DNA of 60,446 nucleotides, filler included, from Perkinsus olseni (Eukaryota): NCBI GenBank assembly GCA_013115125.1. It is 3 parts of 3 records of this genome, joined end to end, with 100 filler letters (N's around TTAATTAATTAA, not from the genome) between each part and the next. Parts side by side here need not be neighbours in the genome. Positions count along the whole stretch, not along the records: positions 40,444 to 60,446 come from JABANN010000587.1; 2 more parts are not named here. One strand, 5' to 3'. Shown piece by piece: positions 49,776 to 60,446 of this stretch (position 1 is its first letter; each line of letters starts with the position of its first letter). The notes under the pieces were generated by a model. It saw only the letters and a program-made list of their open reading frames with translations, ran no database searches and was not told where the DNA came from. The position numbers and the translations under genes were made by a program.

Positions 49776-51122
49776 ATGGCAGCCGACTCTGTCGTTCTGA
49801 GTAACCCACGAGTATTGATATGCCTCTTGGCAATAGCGACAGCGCTACTCTGCCTCACTGCACTGTCCTGTACGGTGAGAAGGAGTCTGGTCTATTACAC
49901 CTGGGCAGGAGGCCCTACCGTCTCCGCAGCTCCCAACGACAGCGATGGGATCATCGAGGCTTGCACCTCCAACGAGGAGCTGCCTTCTTTCACAGCCCCA
50001 CTCAAGCTGGTTCGCAAGGCGGAGCGCGAGAAGTGGTCCAAGAACTTCGCAGCATACTCGAGGATAGACCACAACTACTCCGACATCAGTGTGGCTGGCT
50101 CTTGTCGAGACCCAACCGAGCTTCGCTGGGTGTCCAGCGGCGACTGTGAGCACGGCAAGAACGTTACTTTACCCCGATGCATCAGTATCAAGGACGAGGA
50201 TGAGCACACAGAATTCACTGGGATGATTGGTCGCATCTCGATGTCTCTGACGTGCCCGTGTCGACGGATGACTGGATACACTGGAAGCGGGATCAGGCGA
50301 ATACTAAGGACCCGAGCTGCCGCCTTCGGCACTGACAAGGTTCAACTTGTTTTCGTAGGAGAGAGCGTCTTCCGAGAGGTCTTCTCAACCCTAGTCAGAG
50401 TCCTCAACGGTGGGGAGCTGCCACTAGGCTTCGACCACCGTCTGCAAACAAGACGACATGGCCATATCTCCTACGCCGATGCCGACGTAGAGCTGTACTT
50501 TTACTTTCTAGGGGGAGCGTACCCTTACCCACTACTAGACAAGAAAGAGTGCCCCAAGATGGCTCGAACGGGGAGGTCGACGAAGCTCACGGAGCTGTGC
50601 GGAGGCCCCATGGGGGTGTGGCGGCACATACTTGATCCCGCGGCCGACCCGCTGTATGTTGAGACTGACGATAATCATACGGAAAGAGTTTTCCCTCATG
50701 ACATCTCGCGTACTGCTCTGGTGGCTTACGGTGCTGGTGTGTGGGACGCCGCGTACTGTGGCAACCCTAACGCCTTCGGCCGAGAATTCCGGGGTATCTT
50801 GCGTTTTATAAGAGACTCGGGTCTACCCCTAGAAAGATTCCTGGTAAGGAACATCGGGGCAGGCTTCGGCACTGATGAGCACGTGAAGGAAAACACTCTG
50901 TTTAACAGAGAGCTGCTGAGCTCAGTACGAGACGTCTTCGGCGACTCGGCCGTGAGCGTTATGCCCTTCTATGAGATTTCTCGCGGGAGGCCGGACTCGA
51001 CACATGATGGTCTCCACTTCACCTGTAAGAAGTGGAAGCACTGTGTGCAGAACTCGGATCAAGTGACTGTGTACTGGTGGGTTATTAACATGATGATGGA
51101 CCATCTCGAAAGACAACGCTGA
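49776..51122 (+). CDS. Intronless type II membrane SGNH/PC-esterase-family (TBL/Cas1p/NXPE-like) acyltransferase or esterase
   Basis: 448 aa with an N-terminal TM, LVFVGESVFREVF (GDS block), YGAGVWD and a C-terminal DGLHF (DxxH). Confidence 0.75.
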   Translation: MAADSVVLSNPRVLICLLAIATALLCLTALSCTVRRSLVYYTWAGGPTVSAAPNDSDGIIEACTSNEELPSFTAPLKLVRKAEREKWSKNFAAYSRIDHNYSDISVAGSCRDPTELRWVSSGDCEHGKNVTLPRCISIKDEDEHTEFTGMIGRISMSLTCPCRRMTGYTGSGIRRILRTRAAAFGTDKVQLVFVGESVFREVFSTLVRVLNGGELPLGFDHRLQTRRHGHISYADADVELYFYFLGGAYPYPLLDKKECPKMARTGRSTKLTELCGGPMGVWRHILDPAADPLYVETDDNHTERVFPHDISRTALVAYGAGVWDAAYCGNPNAFGREFRGILRFIRDSGLPLERFLVRNIGAGFGTDEHVKENTLFNRELLSSVRDVFGDSAVSVMPFYEISRGRPDSTHDGLHFTCKKWKHCVQNSDQVTVYWWVINMMMDHLERQR

Positions 51123-51370
51123 GGGACGGCAACGCGCTCAGCTGGGGCTAGGGATCTTCGTGTGGGTTCGAGGTTGAATGCAGCAAGAGCATCTCCATGC
51201 TACGAGCATGTCAAGTGCTTTACACTCTACACGTTGTTGTGCTGACGTTTATTAATGAGGGAGGGGCCAGCAGAGCATGAGGGAATACTTTCACGCGCGG
51301 GGGATGTCGGGATGTGCCTGGGCCTTGGTGCCGTCCAGTGGTGTCATTATTTTTATCAAGCATCATCGCC

Positions 51371-52300
51371 ATGACCGAGATGCGGGTATCGAACGAGTTC
51401 GACACTCTCTTCCCGATAGACATGGATTTGTCCTCATTACGGATAGGTGCAAACTCTGGAGAGACGCCTGTCGATTTGCCATTTCCTCAGTGGTCGTGGA
51501 GAGCTCAGAGAATCGGCTCATCGTCAAATCTGTGAGGAAGGATCTCGAGGATAAACTGGCTGCATACAACAACGCTCAACTCAATATCGATGAGATGTGG
51601 GTCCTTGCCATCATCACCATTATCACCATGCGCCCCCGATGATCGGGGCCCGATCCTCCGCAGTCGGCTACCATTGAGACCTTAAGTCCGGAAGTGTCGA
51701 TCCGCTCACTCGTCAATAGAGAGCGCCAGCTGGGCGTAAACTGTCGAGAGACAAGAAGCTGATTTCACCTCACTGTGAACCTTGCTGCTGTCGTTGGTAT
51801 GGACAGATACGTACCTAGCGCGTGGCACATCCCTTACGCCGTCCAGGAGATATTTCGGCAACATGCTCAGCGGTTCGACCCCTTCCCTGTTGTCATAGCA
51901 TTAGGCTGCCTCATCGAGGAGAGCTCAACCGACTTCAGGTCTCCGACCCTCTTCCCTGTCACCCCTACTGTCCCTGTCTGTAGGTCGTTATGTGACAACG
52001 TATCGCAGGGTTTAATGAGGGTAAGCCTTGAGAATAAAGTGCCTGTAGTTAACGGCATATTAATGGCATCAACAGCGCTACAAGCAGAACGCAGATGTCA
52101 AGGCCGGGCGAATGCTCTCACGGGAAACACGGTAGGTCCCCAAGACTAGTCCGACGTCTTAGAGAATCTTTGGCCTGTCTCAGGAGACTTTCGGAGCCGA
52201 GCTTGCTACTGAGGCTATCTGTTTGTCGGGTATGAAGAGAGTTATCAAGAATCTCGATGCCGATGAGGATATCAAGACTGAGGATTCCGATGTACTGTGA
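51371..52300 (+). CDS. ribH: 6,7-dimethyl-8-ribityllumazine synthase (RibH/RIB4)-like, divergent active site
   Basis: Spliced DLSSLRIVVVESSEN, VPSAWHIPYA, VIALGCLI, LCDNVSQGLMRVSLENKVPVVNGIL, QAERR and FGAELATEAI all follow lumazine synthase fold motifs. Confidence 0.8.
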
Positions 52301-52729
52301 TTGATTGTGCCTTTAATACTGATCTTAGCATCAACAGCAACGGACCGCTCCGCGTTAGTGTTGGCAATCACACAGTTACGTGTGCAGCTGGAAACTGGGA
52401 TCTTACCGTCGAAGTACGATCAGGAATATCAGGCTTTGTCAGTGACAAAGCCTGATATTCCTGATCGTACTTGTGACAAATTGTCACACTCTTGCTGTCT
52501 CGCCTGTGTACAGTCGCTGATACCTAGCACGGGCATGCGAGGCCGATGCCGCGTGACAGGACAGCAAGGCTCACGCTCTCAACGAGATCGCGTTGTTGCT
52601 CGCTCCATGCTCGCGTATGTTGCCGTAGAATGCTCGGCCCTTTCTCCCTTCTAGCGTACGTCTCTTCTGAAGTACCATTGTTCCCCTCTCGCTAGGGCCC
52701 CATCGACTAGGTTGCTTCTTCATATAGCC

Positions 52730-55067
<2,338 letters not shown>

Positions 55068-55263
55068 TCGTATTTGCTGTGAAGGTCCCAATTAATAATA
55101 CTGCAGCATTGGCAAGCGTATTTGCACTCTTTTCGGCTTTGCGTTTCGGTTGGCAAGGAATGGGAGCATACCTTCGTAGTGAATGTTGGTACTTCGGGAC
55201 GCGGTTTAGACCAGTGTAGGCTACGTACTAGCGGAGAGGTTTATTGTAGCAGCCAGCGAAAAG

Positions 55264-55334
55264 ATCAAATCCGGGGATCGAACCTGCGACCTTTCGAACG
55301 GGAGATAGCCGCAATACCGTTACACCATCCGAGT
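55264..55334 (-). pseudogene. Degenerate tRNA-like sequence in the DHFR-TS/TBC intergenic region
   Basis: Minus strand A-box TGGTGTAACGGT and B-box GGTTCGATCCC at tRNA spacing. The anticodon stem does not pair. Confidence 0.6.
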
Positions 55335-56104
55335 ATAAGATTGTGCTCAACGCCAGGTAGGATGCAGACTCGTGATAACTAGTGGACTTGTGTGCAGGAT
55401 ACGTCCGTTATTACCATGAACCTGTCATTGGGTCCCAATGATTGGGACATCTCTGAGTATTTTTGACGATCCAATCCGATGCGCAGTTCCCGAAATGACA
55501 TGAGAGATATCACAACCAAGTCTCCGAACATGATTCAAGATTATAATCTGATGGCAACGCATTTCTCGAACCGAGTTTGTCAGACCCGGTGGAATCATCG
55601 CCGCCAGTTTCCTGCACCACTCCTTGCGTACGAAACGTCTCAGGCCCAGAGCGTGGACGGTTACATTCCGAGACGCTCGGAGATGAGCTGAACGTCCTGA
55701 GCCAGGGCCATGAGATCGGTTTCAGAATCGCCGGGCGCATCTCTTGGTTTCTTCCCGAAGGGTCCACCCGCGGGTGTAAACGGCATTCTCGCGGGAAGCT
55801 CGACAACTTCGTTCGATGATCTAATTAACTCGTGAAATTCATCCGCATCGCTTAGTGCTGTCTTCTCGTTCGTGCGATCCGCCGAGATGCGTTTTTAGAC
55901 AGGGTAACGATCAAAACACAAGGCTCGTGGTTGTGCTTCGTACCAGCAGTGGCTTTCATAGGACCTGGGGCCGTATGCGTATCCTGATTTATAGGGTGAG
56001 TCTGAGTAAACCTACGCTAAACCTACGTAAAGTACGCATACCTACCCTGGTCGAGTCCGTTGGATTCAGTACTGTCACGTGAAGTTCCATCGTTCCTCCC
56101 TCAT

Positions 56105-59100
56105 ATGCTCCGCAGTGAAGGCAGCGGCAATCCACTGAGCTCCTCCTTAGGGGTGGACGATGATGTCTACACTAGGGAGGCGAAAGCAGACATGAAGGAA
56201 GCGGCGATAGCTGTGTTGAAAGGGGATAAGGACATCGCCAAGGTACTGCCGTGTGGATACTGAGAGTGTAGCGGGTTTGATGAATAAACTAAATTTACCA
56301 CTCAGTATGAGATCAATTGACTACGGCGCCGTGACTGAGGAAAAATTCAAAGTGTGTCGCGCAACTTGTAAAGTGGAGATAGGTGGAGATGATCTCCCAC
56401 TCGGCCACGGCATTGGTACACTTCGTGCAACGTCACCTAGTTGCATCATCGGCGGGCTCTTATTCGGTGTAACAGCCATTGGTCTCCGTTTGCTACTACG
56501 GCGGAGCTCTGGTGACACTGCCCTCCTCAGCTCCGAGCGTTCTATTGGCCGCGGTTTTTGCGGACAGTAGTGGAAGCTTCGGATTGTGAAGGCAATCGGA
56601 AGCATTATCGCGCGTTGTCTTCAAAGCACCAGCCTAAAAGCGGCGGATTACTAGCGAGACAATTCAAAGGGATGGATCCCAACGTGAGTGTGCCGGCTAT
56701 CAGTGGCTTGTCGGCTGAGTGTCGTTGCGTTGCACACAGGTTTGCAACCCTTTGTCGAAGGCCTCAGAGAACCCTTGGAATAAGGAGCATAAGAACACTG
56801 ATATCCTGAATGAGATCTGGGTGGACGTATCTCGTACGATCCAGAGTACCTCTGCGTGTGCTGATTTTTACTTCAGGGACGAACTACAGCAACAGGGAAT
56901 GGTTCAAAGTGGAGGACAACCAGAAGAGCATGCAACGGATACTATACGTACTGGGGGGAGTGGACGGGTCTTGGTCGTACAAGCACTGATGTCGAGGCCG
57001 TTATGCGTGCGTTCGGAAATGTATCCTAGAATTACCGTTCGGGCATTGGTGGACACCCCTGAGGATATTGGATGACGGTTTCCGAGTCCGTACTGTTCCT
57101 ACTTGAGTGTGTGGCCATCTTTCGGCGGTGGATTCCAGTACTCGCTGCGACCTGAACTATCTTATCGGATTTTCAATTTATTCCCTCGTCCAACAAAACC
57201 AGTCTGAAACTCGGAGTCGATTTTTGTTTTCGCCCGTAAATTGTAGCTCCGGAATTGATTGATTTATTGAACACCTCTTTAGCCTCTTTAACACGGGTCA
57301 TAATCCGTCATGCATTTCACCGCTGCACTTTTGTCCATGACTGATACATGGCAGCTGCCACCACAGTACCACGGACTCCACTCAATAATTCTCAAGTTGA
57401 CTTTTGGGCTGGCCATCAGGGCCCGCTCTATAGACTATAGCCTGGCCTACTGTTGCATCGAGTCGAGCCCGCGTAGCTGTAGTTGAGTGTTGGAGCAGCA
57501 TGCTAGATGTGTACTAGCCTGTCGGGGAGGAGACACATCCTCTAGGAGTACCGCTACTTCAACGTGCCGCCCTCAGCGTGCTGTACATCAATTTTTCTGC
57601 GTTCGCGTACACTCGGGCTTGTCAGGTTTGGTGTAAGGAGCGTAACAAGGATTATCGTCAAGGGATGAGCGACATCGCCACTGTGTTGTTGTAGGCCAGC
57701 CCGTGACTCAGCCGCCGCCCACGCATTTTCTGGACAGATACGGTCTGGTAGGGGACGAATCTGGCAACTGCATTGGGCCTCAGGGGTTTGCTGACGGCGA
57801 AGCGGATGCATTTATGTTGTATGATGCCATCATGTCGGAGAAGATACGCCACTCGGATATGTTTTATTCCGAACCATCGGGTACACCCTCGCCTTCCCAT
57901 CGCTAACATCACTTGTGATTGCTCAGGGACCAACAGCATCCCATCACCCGCAGCCCCGTCGTCGCATGCGTCCAAGTCGAAGATATTGGAGCGGTGTGAA
58001 TACGTATTCGACCAGCTGTTACCTGAGGCGGACGAGGAGTTGAGCAATCATCTCCATAAGTAGCACGCAGGGCCTGCCTATAATAAGATGATGACCGCCA
58101 TCACCATTTCAGTTCTGCTAAGGTTGCCCCGTCCCTCTTTTTGATGCGGTGGATACGATTGCTATTCGCCCGGGAGATGCACGTAGTGGAGGTCCTGAGG
58201 GTACGTTGGGTGTGGTAGAGGTGTGGAATTGATTTGTGATAATAACGGACTATGATACATCGCGGGTTACGGGGAAATACGGTCGAGTTTGAAGCGGACC
58301 ACGTCTCTCTGCCCAAAGCCGTCAGTGTATCTCAAATACTCTCAGTTGTGGGACATGATATTCGCCGATTCGTATCTTCAATGGACGTCTACTGGCGAGA
58401 TGTCTTTGCCCTTAGTCAACTACATGGCGGTTTCCATGATCCTGCAGGTTAGAGGTGAGTGTGCTCCTGCCGGGCCTGAGCAACTTGGGCCATCCTGTAG
58501 GTACCCTCATGAGCGGCGATAACACTGCATGCCTTCAGCGCTTGATGCGGTGAGTCTCTGCCGTGGTGTCTTCGCCTCGCTCTACTTTAGTCAGGTACCC
58601 GCCAGTGGACCACGTTGAACCCCTCGTTGGGAGGGCCCTACGGCTCCGAGATGGCGATAAGGCTTTGCGCCCGCGGATAGTTTCCGAAGCGGGTGTTTGT
58701 GCTGATAGTTCAGTACGGCAATCGAATGAAAAGAAGACCGTGGAAGCATCGGAAAACGTAACGATGGGTCTTCGTTGTAACCTTGATTGTCGTCTACACG
58801 CAATGCCTCTCCCCTCACGGTGTTGGTAGCCACTGCATCGGTGAAGAAACGGCTGCCAGGACGTCTTAGGTTCTTTGCGTTCTCAGGAACCGATACAATC
58901 TTCGGCAACGGACGCTACTCGAGATCGGCCGGCGGGAGAGCCGCTGCAACGGCCACCCCAGATGGACCCTCTCAGGGTTGGTGGAGGTCCCCTATTTCAT
59001 ATCGTCTGATTTAAGCATCTCTCAGGGCGACCACTCGTCGCTGTCATCGCTATTCGGTACGGTAGTGCACTCAGCAGTGGACGCCTTCTCAACGGCCATC

Positions 59101-59295
59101 ACGGAGGGTCGGGCCGTGCCTCAATCTTACACCCAGGTGGACCCGAAGGAGGGACCTCCAAAGTTGGTTGAAGCCAACCGCCCGGCTGTGACAGTGACGC
59201 CGCCCGAGCAAGTGAGTTCGTCGGCGATCAGTGCGATGTCAACGCGGCGTCTTGCAGATCCATATGCCTCGGGACCTCGCGGACTCCTGGGATGA
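56105..59295 (+). CDS. TBC-domain Rab GTPase-activating protein, TBC1D5-like (multi-exon)
   Basis: NPLSKASENPW, IWVDVSRT (Arg finger), YRQGM (Gln finger), EADAF, MRWIRLLFAREM, LWDMIFAD and LMRYPPV. Confidence 0.92.
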
Positions 59296-60446
59296 TGAGG
59301 TCGGCGGTGAGGACGAGACAAGTGCTGGACACGGCAGTAACTGTGACAATGGCGGTATCACGACCACCACGCAGGTATGCCCTCAATTTGGACATGTCTT
59401 GGATGAGTAGCTCTACCCGGTCTTCGGCAAATGGAAAATATTCGAGAAATTTTTCAAAACATTTCAGCGGACTTTGCCTCTGTGAGTAACGGGCAGATTT
59501 GATGCCAACAGAGCGGGTCATGAAAATTGAGCTGGTCCGTTCATATGGCTGTTTGTGTTAAATGCTCGGTGAAGAATTGTGGAACCATTAAAACGACATC
59601 ACAGGCAAGCGGAGCGTTGTTTTCATGGTCCTTGGTTCCCACTTGACTGTTATCAGGAGCAGCTCACGCTTAGTGTGTATCAAAGTTTGCCTTTCAGGTT
59701 AGTAGCGTCCAGTTGGAAAAGTGGCAGCGGTCACTTGACTCAGCCATTGCCGCCATGGGTAACCCCGATTCGCGAGTACGGGATGGTGCGGTAGATGTTT
59801 TGCGTGACATATCAGCGAGTATTGGTCAAGCTCGGAAGCAGCCGTCCGTGGATCGACTAAAATAATAAGTTTCTATGTGAATCCAAGTGTCGTCTTCACA
59901 GTTCCACAAAGGCCTCACGTATAGTAAACAACAGTGAACGAAACAGCAAACACAGCAAGTGTCATTTATATCGAAAAATTCTCTCGCACCATTCGGATTA
60001 CCCAGGGAGCGCGTGAAGGTCCACAGGTCAGTACACCGTCGGTGATAGCCTAAAGCCGAATAGCTGAACACCATTCAGCGGGCGATGACGAACCGCCGAT
60101 CCAATAGCATCTCACATAAACTTAGTTGGAGATAAAGTGGTAAAGTATACGGGCGGGTAACTGGGAGGACAGTACACACAACCCGTTCTGCTGGTTTGGG
60201 CCGGCATGTCGTAGTCGCTCATGGGGCAGTGATGCGTTACGGCCTCTTACCGGCACTGGGTGAACCCCCACTGCACCTTGACGCGTGTGAAGCTCAGCAG
60301 AGTTTGTTTGCTACCCAAAAGATAATGATGGCTGATACTGAGTATTACTACTAAGCACACAACAACTATGACTTTCAGAAGTAACATAAGGCCAACAATG
60401 AACATCAAAAAACGGAAAAATCTTCAGCAATCGCCACTTCAGTTTC

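Overview
Eukaryotic genomic DNA, not prokaryotic. It is most likely a perkinsid alveolate (Perkinsus-like); this is inferred from ~45-70 nt GT-AG introns, a fused DHFR-TS with the GNTHVY motif, and the gene content. Two artificial N-TTAATTAATTAA-N linkers (20130-20229, 40344-40443) split the window into three ~20 kb pieces that may not be neighbours in the genome. Piece 1 (1-20.1 kb) is mostly repeats and decayed sequence: a 102-bp-TIR element, a decayed helical-repeat gene and a secreted Gly/Asp-rich collagen-like gene. Piece 2 has PIG-T, a small membrane protein, an acylated PP2C, tRNA-His, a lineage-specific repeat protein, a PMP34-like carrier and retroelement relics. Piece 3 has a large IP3R/RyR-family channel gene cut off by the linker, an SGNH/PC-esterase, a divergent lumazine synthase, DHFR-TS and a TBC Rab-GAP. 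Two observations stand out. (1) The IP3R-like protein carries two tandem bacterial-chemoreceptor-type Cache (PDC) domains spliced in frame into its N-terminal region, and most canonical IP3-binding residues appear lost, making it a candidate metabolite-gated Ca2+-release channel. (2) Degenerate tRNA-like sequences recur in introns and gene flanks, and two short introns look almost entirely tRNA-derived. All homology calls are by-eye motif recognition from memory; no searches were run.
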